DNA from: Podospora anserina
Taxonomy: Eukaryota
NCBI GenBank assembly: GCA_017654855.1
Contig: CM030333.1
Span: forward strand, 2,480,001-2,544,000
DNA: 64,000 bases
Direction: 5' to 3'
The translations under genes were made by a program, and so were the position numbers. The notes below the pieces were generated by a model, which saw only the letters and a program-made list of their open reading frames with translations, did not search any database and had not been told where the DNA came from. Positions within the stretch are counted from its first letter, which is position 1. Every line of letters starts with the position of its first letter. Below, in pieces: positions 38,967-51,428 of this stretch.

Positions 38967-39542
38967 AGTTTCTTCTTTTGGGTGGACGGACAGTTTGAGG
39001 AAGAGCGGGATCGATATTGGGAGGGAAAGGCAAAGAATCACGATTGGGCCCGGAAAAATCGGTGCATATGGTAGAGAAAATAGCTGTTTGCTTGTGGGAA
39101 TGTGATGGCATATGGGATGGTGGTTAGGTTGTTCATCTTGTTGATACCAAAAAAAAATTGCAAAAGGTTCTGAAACACAACCTTTTCCTGATTTTATCAT
39201 TGATTACTGGGAAAGACCCGTTACTTCAAAGTCAATGTGCAATTCCCACTCTCATTCTCGGTTGTCACTGACACCAACCATATTCAGACAAGAACCTAGT
39301 ATGAAAATGCCACAATTATGCCCTCGCCCAAGCCATTCCCAACTATCATAACTCCATCCAGGCCAACAAAATGTAGGCCCTAAAGTAATAAACAAGACCA
39401 AAAAAGGAAAACGACGAAACAAATCTATGCTACAAGAGTTACACAGTTCTTCCAATACAGCCCATCCATCCATCCATCCATCCTCCCTTCTTCATTCACA
39501 GTCATACCCATACACACACACCCGCACTTACGCCCAGTATGT

Positions 39543-40597
39543 TTACTGCTGCTTCTTCTGCGCAGCCGGCCCCATCTCCTTATCAAACGCCCCATACGAC
39601 ACCTCCAAACTAGCCAGCGCCTTCAGCCCAACCGTCAAAATAGCCAGCACAATCACCAGCGTGATCAGCGCCATAAAGATGCCTATTTTTTGTCATGTCA
39701 GCAACCCACTCCCCCCTTTTCACTTTCCACTTGTAAAGACTTACCAGGAGTAAAAAACTGATACTTCTCAAACAACCCCCTCGTATCCCTCTCCGTCTCA
39801 TTCCCCCTCCTATTCACCACCACCCCCTCAAACTCATCATCCAATCCCCTCTTCAAATCCATATGCCCCGTAGCCACCCCGTCAAACTCAGACCTATAAG
39901 GCGGCAACTCAGCCGGGTCCGAGAAAACCATAACAGTGTACCCCTCCCCCTCCTCATCAAGGGCAGACATCCTCTCCCCAAGTCTGTGATCTACACCAAC
40001 CAATGTCAGCACCACCCTTCACAGTTTGCCATGAAAGAACATACCATTATCCTCCAGAATCTCCACCCTCTCCTTCTCATCCCCCCCCCCAACAACAGGA
40101 GGAAGACCCCTCATCCTCACCTCCAAAAGCTGCATCGCTCCCCCCTTGACATGTTTGCAGGACTGGGCGACCAGCTCCTTTAGCTCGGTGGCGGAAATCT
40201 GCCCGATAACCTCTGCTACGCTAAAGGCGGACTTTGTGTTTTGGGCGCGGGTGGCCTTGCAGAGGTTGGGGGTGTGGAGGCAGTGCTCCGAGGTGCGAAT
40301 GTCTGCCGCGTGGAGGTTGGGTTGGGAGATGAGGATGTACTTGTCTGTTGGGCAGCCGGAGAGGAGGGACTTGGTTGTGGAGAGGACTGAGGAGGATGTT
40401 TGGAGTTGGGGGTTGGAGTTCGGGGTGGGGAGGCTGTAGAGGGAGAGGGGGGGTTAATATTTTGGGGGATATGGCAAGGGGGAATGGGAAACGTACTCGG
40501 CGGAGGAGAAGAGGATAAAGGGCGCGGAATCGGTAAAGGCGTTGACGCTGGTTGCTGCTGTGCAGGCCAGCAGGGTGGCTGCTTGGCTGATACGCAT
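39543..40597 (-). CDS. Big1/Voa1 (V-ATPase Ac45-like) type I ER membrane protein; exons 40597-40497, 40433-40045, 39990-39745, 39682-39543
   Basis: Signal peptide, FTDSAPFILFS, CPTDKYILISQP, GLFEKYQFFTPGIFMAL plus TM, SLEVSYGAFDKE, C-terminal KKQQ (KKXX retrieval); three introns restore frame. Confidence 0.8.
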
Positions 40598-41068
40598 CGT
40601 GTTGTTGGTGTAGGTGAACAAATTGGCTTCAACTGGGAGAGAAGTGAGGTGAACTTGGCCCCTCTGTCGTTGTCTTGAATCGCGAGGGGTGTTCGATGTT
40701 GTATGGTCAGGAAGGTATTCAACACAAACGTCGCGGGTGGAGGAAGCTGTCTGCGACAAGTAAGGTATGCAGCTGGCTGGGATGGATGATGCAGCTCGGT
40801 CTCGCTCCCGTCGTATCCACCAAACCCAAGCCAAGACAGGCGCCACCACCAACGGGCTCCTTGCCTGCCACCCGCTGCTGCAAACCAGGCGGTGTGGGGC
40901 GGCAAGAATCCCGATAACACCAGCCCGCGCCGTTAGCGAAAAGTTACAGGGGATCAATATCGCCAAAATTACAGCTGCCGGGCCATCAACTCAACCTTCT
41001 CAACATCCCACCTCCATCCCGTCACAACCACCCCCCAATTGCCCCCCAAAATGGACGGAACCGCCGCC

Positions 41069-41831
41069 ATGTTCGCCCAACCGGGCATGTTCATCCAGCC
41101 CCGAGTCCGCAAAACAGCCCCTCCACCCCCCAAGAAGCGCAAAGTCCAGCACGCCGTCGAAGAAGTTACATTCGACCGTACAGCCCGCGAAGAATACCTG
41201 ACCGGGTTCCACAAGCGCAAGCTAGAGCGGAAGAGACACGCGCAGCAAATCGCCGAGCAAAAGGCCCGGGAAGAAAGAATTGAGACGAGGAAGCAGGTGA
41301 GGAGGAGCAGCAGACTTTTGGTTTTCATGGGAATATCTAAACAGCCTTATTCTGACATGTGTGTGTCTACTACGGTAACAGATTAGGGAAGAGCGCAAAC
41401 AAGCCCTTGAAGAGCACGTCCAGACCATTCAGCAAATTCTCCGCGAAGCCGAGGCAGCCGGGACAGGTACAGCAGGCAAAGACGGGGAGAAGGACGAGGA
41501 ATGGGGCGGCCTGTCTGACGACGAGGTGGTGGAGGCGCCCATTGACATGGAGGAGGAGTACATTGACGAAGACAAATACACCACCGTTACCGTCGAGGCT
41601 GTTAGTGTGGACCGAGACGGTCTGCACAAACCAAAAGCTGTCTCTTCCGACGACGACGAGGAGTCCAAAACAGAGAAGCCAGAAGACGAAGACAAACAAG
41701 CGACCAAGGGCGCGAAGCGTCCCAAAGAGCAAAAGAAAAAAAAGAAGTTTCGATATGAAACCAAGTTCGACAGACAGCTCACAGAGAGAAAGCAAAAGGC
41801 CAAAAAGAGGAAGGCAAGAGGGGTGGAATAA
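41069..41831 (+). CDS. RRP17: Ribosomal RNA-processing protein Rrp17/Nol12; exons 41069-41296, 41382-41831
   Basis: EEVTFDRTAREEYLTGFHKRKLERK, EEEYIDEDKYTTVTVE, KKKKKFRYETK; in-frame ATGs at 41051, 41069 and 41087. Confidence 0.9.
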
Positions 41832-42110
41832 TACAGACACGGCAGCAATAAACATCTTCAGGGGATTGCGGTACCATGACCACCATGTGCTTGGGGTAAT
41901 TGTGTGTATTTGTGTTGTAAAAAGCCGCAAAAACTAAATACTGTAGGCAGTGGGAAAACCAGTCCAAACATCCTCCTTCTGTTTCCATCAATCGACATAC
42001 GGCGTTGAAAACCTCACCCGAGAACCACAGCCCGAGCATGTTTGTGAAGAAAAGATGCCACCGACGAGACCTGTCCCGTACCCAACAACAGCAAGCTGGA
42101 TGAGCGTCGC

Positions 42111-42887
42111 TTAGATGTTGCCAATCTCGTTTTGGAAGTCCTCCAGCTCCTTCTGGACGGTGGCGTACTTCTTGGCCATCTCCTCGTACTTGGACTCCCA
42201 CTGATCGCGCTCCTGCTCGAGAGCCTGGACTTTCCGCTCGAAGTGTCCGGCCTTGACGTCGGTCTGTCGCAACCTATGGTGAGGTAGATGAGGTTAGCAT
42301 TGGTCATGACGCCGAATAGGGGTAGACAAGAGGCGGCATACTTCTCGTTGGCCTCGCGCAAAGTCTTATCTGCTTGCTCAGCCTCTTCCTCGAGAAGTTG
42401 GAGTCTCCGAGTCAGCGTTTCGTTCTGGGTTCCGTGCTGCGCGCCTTCGCTGGCAGCGCTCTTGAGGTCCTTGACCTGAGTTTCGTATTTCTCTACCTCG
42501 GACTCTAGAACGCTGTTCTTGTGCGTAAGGGAGATGATCTCCTGCTCCTTCTGGAGGTTCTCCTGCTCGAGCGCCTTGACCTTGGCCTGGAGCTCTTCGA
42601 CCTTGGCAGCAGATTCCTCAGACTCCAAACGGAGCTGGGTCATTTTCTATGAGTTCACATGGCGCATGTTAGCTCGCTGGAGCAAAACAGAGCCGTTACA
42701 GCAACATCCGTGGGCAAACCACAGCAACGACACTGGCACCGGCACCAGCAACACCGAAACACCAAATGGCGGTCTCTCGTGATGGTGGTGGGTTGTAGTA
42801 GGGGGGAACCTGATGGTGGGGCGCCAAACAAGGGTCCATCTCTCGAATGTTCCAAGACACTCAACTCACCTCCTTGATGCGATCCAT
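42111..42887 (-). CDS. TPM1: Tropomyosin; exons 42887-42870, 42646-42342, 42273-42111
   Basis: Spliced MDRIKEKMTQLRLE..., continuous heptad coiled coil, LRQTDVKAGHFERKVQALE, about 161 aa as in fungal tropomyosins. Confidence 0.95.
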
Positions 42888-43479
42888 GGTGGTGTGGAAA
42901 AGGTCGGTTTGGTTGTAGAGAGGAGGACGAGTTGTTGGTGTTCGAGAAAGAGGTCGCGGGTTTGCAGATGTTCAAGTTGAAAGTCGGATGTGTTGGGCAA
43001 TAAAAGGAGAAGTGGGTGGATGAGAGCTGGCAAATGTTGGTGGATTAGGTAGGAAATGAAGACAAGGAAGTGCCCCTCACTTGGCTCACCCTCCACCCCC
43101 CTCCACTCCCTCCTCCTGGCCAGCGGCCGCGTTTCCATTTGCTGCCGACGGGTGGCAGTCACTTGTCTGATCACCACCCCCAGCCTAAAAGGTGGGGCAC
43201 TGTTGTCGAGCTGCACCAAGAGCATTCGGCTGCTGCGCCGTTGCTCTGCCAACCAACTTGTTCTTTTTACGGATGCCGGGGGACAGAGTGAGACGCGACC
43301 AACACGGTCAGACGCCGCGACCAACCACTGCAAATAGAAATCATTCCACCCTCCTTGTGAAACGGGACATGCCAAACGACCTCCAGACTTCGGACAACAG
43401 CAACAACAACCACGACGCACACTCGACACTCGACAATCGCCAGCTGGGAGGCCATTCCCAGATTCAACCCGCTGCGACA

Positions 43480-44849
43480 ATGCTGGCAGCCCACCACGAC
43501 CAGGAGAATGTGTACGTGCACCAGGCCGGCGCCTCTAATAAACAGCTGGGAGCCAAAACCCCTGGCGCCCGCTATCCGAAAACCCCCCTGAAAATCCCAC
43601 TCAACGACGAGAATGCCAACCACGGACTCGGAGGAGGCAAAGGAGGGCTATTGCAGACCAAGGGAAACAATGGATTGGTAAAGTCGGGCAAGCAGGCCTT
43701 GGTGACGCCAGCTGGTGAGCTTATTTTCTTGCTTTTGCCAATTGTGCATAGTTCTTCGCTGACAAACATGCAGCACCCCAAACTGGTCGAGCCCCTCTCG
43801 GGAACAAAACCACCAATGGCAAGGCTCGGGCAACTCAGAATACCCAGGGCGGGAAGGGAGCTGCTCTCAAGACACCGGGACCGAGGCCGACAACTGCTCA
43901 ACGACCAAAGCAGGCTGCGCCCCAAACTGGGCCAGCCAAAGTCGAAGTCCGTGCCGATGTTCAGCCTCCCATTAAGGCCGATGACGAGGTCGAGTACTGT
44001 CCACCAAAGCCCAGGGACTTGCCTTACGAATCCGATGTGCTGCCCGATGGCGTATTAACATTCCAGGGGTTGAAGCCTGAGAACCTCTTCAACGACTACT
44101 ATCGGTACTACTTCAATCGTGTGGATGGCCAGGGAAAATCGGCCTTGGAAAGGGAAATGGAAGAGCGGCAACAGCGAAAGTTTGCGCGTGGTGATGAGCA
44201 GATTCGCTTGGACATGGAGGGGTTTGACTGGAGCGTGGGGGATGCCCCAGAGAGCCGTGATATATTTCAGAAACGGCAGGAGACCATCAAGGTGGAAGCT
44301 ATCCCGGTTGTCAAGAAAGTCACTGGGTTGGGCTCAAGACCGCCGTCCACAATTGCCTCCCGTAGAGCAGCCTCGGCTCTTGCTGCACCAATCAACTCCA
44401 TCCGCGGTGCGCCTGGGAAGACCGCGATATTGGCTCCTAAGCCGCAGCCACGAGGCTTGCTGTTGCCCAAGAGAAAGCCAGCCGACAACATTCTCCAACC
44501 TGGTACATTCACGCGGGATACGGCATCTTCAATAATAGCCTCGCGCGATACACTCGGCTACAGCAAGGGCCGTTCTGCCTCTTCAGCAATTCATGGGAGA
44601 AAAGAGTCGGTCACCCGAATGCCAGAGGTTGCCCCAAAACCTCGCCCCTTGAGCCGCTGTCTGAGCACAGCTTCTTCTGGTTCCGATGCGACGATAACGC
44701 CGGCTCGTTTTGCCCAGTCTTCGCAAGACTGGAAGAGACCTGACTTTCTCTCTATATTTGATGTGGAGGACGATGACAGCGCTGCGAGCACAGCAGTGCC
44801 CCAAGTTGATGATGATGAGGAGGAATTCCAAATGTCCACAGACTTTTAG
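43480..44849 (+). CDS. Securin (Pds1/Cut2-like separase inhibitor); exons 43480-43714, 43774-44849
   Basis: After splicing: D-box RAPLGNKTTN, several TP sites, separase pseudosubstrate motif DDEVEYCPPKPRDLPYESDV; otherwise low-complexity. Confidence 0.75.
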
Positions 44850-45934
44850 ACAGCAACTCGATACAGGCATATTCATTGGAGTAAGGTTGGTTGTGTTCGG
44901 ATATGGCGTTGGAAGCTGGTTGCACGGTTTCTAGCATCAACTGGGCTTTGCTGGGTTTATGGTTGTAGGGGTATTTGTTTTCGGGTTTATGTTTGAGATT
45001 ACGGATGTGGGAAAGGGTAGGGAATCAACACTGCGGAATTTGGCGTTATCCAATTTATGTCTCTCTTACTTTGTAATTGATAGGGTCCAACAAGACATTT
45101 GCAGGAAGGCTCTTTCCAAACAAAAGCATTGCTGTACGAATAAAAATAAACATAAGATGATGTCATCGTGACTTCTCTTGGTTTAACTTTGTGATTCCTT
45201 TTCCAAGTCAACTTAACTGTGTACAACTACCCAGCTCGTTGCGTGGCAGCCACATCTCCGCGTAACGGAAAGTCGTGACCTGGAGGCAGCCTGGTCAATG
45301 ACCCTGATGGCCCCTTTTGTGGATTCTCAATGGATGCCCCATCAACCCCTTTTCACCAATCTTCCAGAGCTGAAAGACTGTCACGTGCTCCTCGCCAGGC
45401 CGCCACAGCTGGAAATCAGGGCAGGACAGCTGCGCCACCACGGCCACCCCTTCCACTAGCTACTTACGCTTGGGCCATCCAGGCACGGGCATTGGCGCTG
45501 AATGCCAACCGTTTTAGGTTTAGCGAGACAATGGCTCGCGACTTCATCCTCCTGAACATTCCAATGTCTGAACTTCACTTCTGCCTTTGACAAAGAATCG
45601 TGCCGTTGAGCTCAATCACCACAGCGTCTTCTCGGTCGCCAACAGCAGCGGATTGTCGACATCCATCTCTGCCGCCGCCAGAGTTCATTTACCCGTCTTC
45701 GCCAAGCATCCAACACCGCCCATCCTTTTTTTTTTGCGGCGCGGTCTCCGAGATCCTCCCTCCCTTTGTCGGCAAAACTTCTGTCGCGTTGAGGGCCCCC
45801 GTGCGCGTCATTTCCGGCCACATCGCACCTCCTCCAAGTCCACCCTCATCCATGAATGGTATCCCTCCGCGCCGTCGCTTCGAGATATGATGGTTGGAGG
45901 ACGGAGGGAGCGATAACAGGTATTCTCTCTCGCA

Positions 45935-48900
45935 ATGACTCGAGCTCCTGGCGCGAGTTACGCTCAGTTCTTTCCTGCTGCCCCCCGGGTCGTTGCCAGG
46001 GACCGGACAAGGGATCGGGAAGATCGCGAAGGTCCCAAGGGAAGCACCCTCGATTCGTCGCCTTTGCCAGATGATACCACCAACGGCCACCTCACCTCGC
46101 TAGGCCCCGCGGAATCCTGTCCACCTCAGCAGGACGGGCACATCCCCCCGAGCGCCATGGCCGGCACGAGATTTTCGAGCAGCCAGCTCACCCCTCCAGC
46201 TTCCAACGACTCCCCCTCATCCCATCTCTCATCAGCTGCCCAGCAGCCGTCGACGACCGTGCGGAACACCAACGGGTATCACGGTCATGTCCCAATACAG
46301 AACGAACCGCTCCAGAATGGCACGTCGAGTGTTCTGCCCAGTGTTCCCGAACGCACCTATGCCCGAGACCCCTCACGCCCGATTCAAACCGTCGTGTGCA
46401 CATATGATCCTCTCATGGATAAGAAGCTGCCGAGCGGTGAAAGAATGAAAACAAAACCGAAATATAAAGAGTTTGGATTGGTATGTACGCCCAATACTCA
46501 TATATACTGGAGAGAGGTGGGGGGGGCGGGTGGGGGCGGGGGGGGCGTCGTCTTGCTGTGTGATATTGACTGGCTAATACCGCGCACAGGACGGTCAAGA
46601 TGACGCTCCCCCCCAAGATCCCCGCCTTGCAAAGGGTGGCCGCCTCGGTTACATCAACGTCGACTTCCACCATGCGAAGGCACGCCTGCGCCAGACCCCC
46701 TACAGTCTCAAGCAGTACAAATACGACCCCAAAACGTCTTGCGGGCCCGGCCCTCCGACACAAATTGTGGTTACGGGGTTCAATCCTATCACCCCTTTCT
46801 CGACGGTCACCACCTGTTTTGCTGCTTTTGGAGACATTGCTGAGAGCAGCAACAAGCTACATCCCGACAATGGTAGTTACCTTGGTTTTGCAACCTTTAG
46901 GTACAAAGATACGAAGCCGAATAGGTCGCGGCCTCAAGTCATTAGTGCCGCCGACGCAGCAAGAAATGCGGTCCGTGCCATGAATAACAAGCAGATTGCA
47001 GGGCGCCTTGTTCGAGTCGACTTCGACCCTGACGGAAAGAAGAGCTCCGAAATGCTCGTTCAGGCCATCCGAAAAGACTCAGAAAGACACAACAGTGTCC
47101 CATCGACGGCAAGACCTATTCCTACAGGCCCACGGGCTAGTGTCCCAGGACCTCCTCCTACTGCGCCGCGAGGTCCAGCTGCCCACAGAGCACCACCACC
47201 TCCGCCTCCTATTGCCGGTCGGGGAGCGGGAGCGGGACCAGTACCAGTGCCAGGACCGCCATCAACCAGGCCCGTGTACGTGATCGAGACTGAGAGCGTC
47301 AAGGAAACGATCCGGGAAGCGCCCTACATCTTCGTCGCCCACGAGTACGTTCCAGTCCAGCCGTCAACGGTTATGCACATGAGGAAGCGCCTTAAAGTGT
47401 ACGCCATCGAGACTATTCGCGCCGATAAGAGTGGCTATTACGTGATTTTTCACAACAGCGACCGGGGTCGCCACGATGTTGAGCGTTGCTACAGGGCATG
47501 CAATCGGACACCTTTCTTCAATTACCTTATGGTCATGGAACTCAACACCTACGGGTCAGAGGGCAGGGGCTCAAGGACATCTCGAGAGCCTCGAAGACAC
47601 AGTCGAAGTCCTGAGCGCAGGCGAGTAGACGACCATCGATCACACCGTGACCACGACCGAGGCCGACGTGATGAGGATCGACAGAAACGGGAGGAACAAG
47701 ACCGACGAAAGCGTGAAGAGGAGTCACTGCTAAAGGAAGAGAAGGATCAAAGAGCCAAGAACTTCGATCCTGTAATCGAAGCTACCAATGTGGTAATTCA
47801 ACAGATGAAGGAGCAGCTCATCAGGCACATTCGAACCAAGATTGCGGCGCCAGCCTTGTTGAACTTTCTTGATCCTGCCAACCAGGTGGCCAGCCGACGG
47901 AAGCACAACATTGAAGACCCGCATTCCTCCAAGCTCTCGATCACTTTTGACGACTCCGACACCAAATCACCGGTTGGCACACCGAATTCCAGAGCGGATC
48001 CAATCGAGAGGCGAACTGGTCGACTGGACGTGTCTGCGCTTCCCCGAATTCGCAAAGCGAAAAATGCTGCTCTCAACGCCCGCAAGCATGCCTTCAACGA
48101 CCCCTTTGCGCGCCACCGACCTCCCACCCAACGCTCGACGTTTCGATCTCTTCATGACCGCCTGCAAAGCGATAGCGATGATGACTCGGATGACGAGGTG
48201 GATCACAGGTATTTGAATGTTCGGAATACCGATGAACCTGAATCTCGACCTCGTAGCCGCTCGTCCACGGATGACGAGGCTACCAAGGAAGACTATGCGT
48301 CATGGGGCCCAGCTGAGGAAGATTCGATGACGGAAGCCAGCTTTGCGTTGACTGACGGGCCGGCTCTTCCCCGAAAAAGAAAGCTGGACTTGCAGATGGA
48401 GACGGCTATCAAGCGGCAGAAGAAAACGGACGAGGAGCTTTTCGGAGTCACCATCAACCGCGTCGACCCAGGTTACCCCTCGAGAGAGCTTTCGCCGGAG
48501 GATATTGTGCTCCCCGATGCCGAACCCTTGGAGGAGAGGGACACTGATAGTTCGCGGATGCCGACACCTGTTCCTCAGGGGGCCAAATCCAAAAAGAAGG
48601 CCACGAAAACCAAAAAGAAGTCCAAGAAACAGATTTTCGAGGAACGTGAAGCCCTCAAGCGTCAGCAGGAAGAGATCTTTGAGAAGGAGGCCTCTCTGGC
48701 TGCGGATGAGGTCGAGCCAACACCCGATGCTGAGCCTGAACCGGGCATCAAGGAAGCTGCTCTTGACGAGGAGCCAGATGTCGAGAAAGGAGAGAAACCT
48801 CGGAAACTGGACCTTGATGAGAAGATGTATCCGTCTGAGAAGGTTCGCGCATTTGAGCTTCCTTCGAACTTCATTCTTAACGAAACTTCGCTTCGGGCTT

Positions 48901-49895
48901 CGGTTCTGCCTGCACTTTCCCACGCTGATCTGCCGAATCTGGAAAGATTGAAACAGAGGCAGGGGAGTGGACATCTGGAGCAACCTCAGGTCTGGGCGTG
49001 GATGCGGGACCGTGTTCGTGAGCTAAACTCAACCGATGGTTCGAAGGATACTCCTTGCAGCATTGGCGGCTACTATGTCCCCAATACAACCGGCTGTGCC
49101 AGGACCGAAGGTGTCAAAAAGATTCTCAACTCGGAGAAGTCCAAGTACCTGCCTCACCACATCAAGGTCCAGAAGGCCCGGGAGGAGAGGCAGGCGCAAA
49201 ACGGGAAGTCGGGCAAGGACTCGGTCCTGGCTGCCGCAGAAGCCGCAAAGTTGGCGGCGGAGAGCCAGGTTGCTAGAGGCACCTCGCGTGCCAATCGGGC
49301 GAACAACCGTCGTTTTGTGGCCGGTCTGCATGACCAGATAAGGGGTCTCGGCCAGGATTCGGACGCCTTCAGGTTCAACCAGCTCAAAAAACGGAAGAAG
49401 CCCGTCAAGTTTGCTCGGTCGGCCATCCACAACTGGGGACTGTACACCATGGAGAACATTCCCAAGGACGACATGATCATCGAATATGTGGGCGAGGAAG
49501 TCCGGCAGGTGATTGCAGAGCTCCGGGAGGCGAGATATCTCAAGAGCGGCATAGGTAGCAGTTATCTCTTCCGAATTGATGACAACACGGTCATCGACGC
49601 GACCAAGAAGGGCGGCATCGCGCGGTTCATCAACCACAGCTGCATGCCCAACTGCACGGCCAAGATCATCAAGGTGGAGGGCAGCAAAAGGATTGTCATT
49701 TATGCCCTCCGGGACATTGCTCAGAGTAAGTTTACATCTAATAAGCGACTAGTTTTCCGTGATGTGATCATTGGCTAACCTTGTGCTCCAGACGAGGAGC
49801 TAACATACGACTACAAATTCGAGCGTGAGATAGGAGCTACGGACCGCATTCCCTGCCTATGCGGAACAGCGGCTTGCAAGGGCTTCCTCAACTAA
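45935..49895 (+). CDS. set-1: Histone H3K4 methyltransferase Set1; exons 45935-46480, 46590-49725, 49792-49895
   Basis: DPR motif, RRMs, n-[54 protein letters not shown], post-[16 protein letters not shown]. Confidence 0.97.
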
Positions 49896-51428
49896 TGCCT
49901 TTAATGTCTTTTCACCCTTGCCCTTTTCTCAGGCATCTTTCTTTTTCTCAAAAAAAAATCACCATGGGTCTGGGTTTGGCCACACTTATGGCAGGCGCAC
50001 GGCTATTCTTTGTCCAAGGAGGAAAAACTGGAGTCCATATACTCAGGGCGCGCGGATAGGGCTTATTTCGGGGCAGGCGAAAGCGGGCAGGCAGGCTTCT
50101 GAGCAGGTTTGCCCTCTCACTTTTGAGGCTTATTCACCAAGCATTTGACAAGCGATTTCAACTCTCACTTTATGCCCGTTTCATCATGACTTGGGTACTT
50201 GATTTTGTTTTTCTCCTCCTTTCCCTTTTCTGGAGCTTATTGATTGGGCTTACTTGTGATAAGGCGGTGCACGGATATGATAATAAAGTCAACGTTGGAG
50301 ATGAAGACGAAAAAGGAAGGGGAGCAGGCAAGCAATGGGAAATGATGCTTGCTACCGCAAAAATCCCTTTTGCTTTGATATCGTGGCATACATGTACATA
50401 ATTGTAAGATTTAAGGAGTCTGGTGAGGGAGATTGTGGGGGGGGTATCTAGGCTTAGGATTCGCATTGGGTTTATGGAGTTTGCTGATTAAGGGAATTGG
50501 GATTTTGGAAGAATGGGAGGGTGGTGTTTGGTGTTCTAAGAGAGTTATAGACGGGCAGAAGCGCGTGGTGCCTCGGGATTGATTTGGTAGCCAAGTAAAT
50601 GCAGCGCATCGAACTTGTTTTTGGAGATGTCGAGTATTCACATGTAAACAAAACAGTGGGAGATGCTATAGGCAGGTGTTGAAGTTGACGTCTCTCCAAT
50701 CTCTTGAAATACAGACGGAGTATCTACGGAATATTTGACAGAACAGAGTTGCTGGGCCGCTCAGCTGGCAAGAGGGATCGTAGTTTCAGATCAAATGGAA
50801 GTGTTGGTTCCTTCCGCCTCGGTGAGCCTGCCCAGCTGGTAATTACGCGGTTTAGTTATTGTTATTAATGACAGCGTGGAAATTAAGATAGTGTTTGGGT
50901 CACTTTCCTCTTACACTAACTACATTGTAAAGGCGCTGGAAGTTGTCTGTCATTCTTGAAACTATTCTACCTACATCCCGCGACACTGGACATCATCGAC
51001 TGCGAGCGGAAGGTCTCTGAGTGTCCTGGATGCAGGCGGGACTGGGACTGGGACTGCGCCCGCGGTTGAAGGCGCGGCCGTCGCTGGTTGACTTGTTGGT
51101 TAGAGCTGCTAGCACACAGCAGCAAGCGTCATCGCCTCCACCGCCGGCTGGCAACGACGCTCCCTCAGGCCCCGGGTCCCGCCAAGAGGAGCTCCTCCGA
51201 CCGGGAGCTCCAACTGCAACTGCAGCGGCGCTGCTGATTCTCGACCAAGCTGCGAACCTCCCACTTCCTAGCTCGCCAGAAACACCACGCATCAACACGC
51301 CCGCATCCGTCCCGCCATCGTCGGCCTCTATTTCTAATATACCTACGCTCGTCATTACTTCTGAATCCCCTCCGCCATCTCCCCTTCCCGCGCCTACAGC
51401 AATTGTTGCTCCTCCCCCGAAGCCCAGC

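Noticed and set aside
51021..51428. 141-aa ORF running into the vma-1 start
   Set aside because: GTG start, low-complexity P/S/A product; consistent with C-rich promoter/5' UTR.
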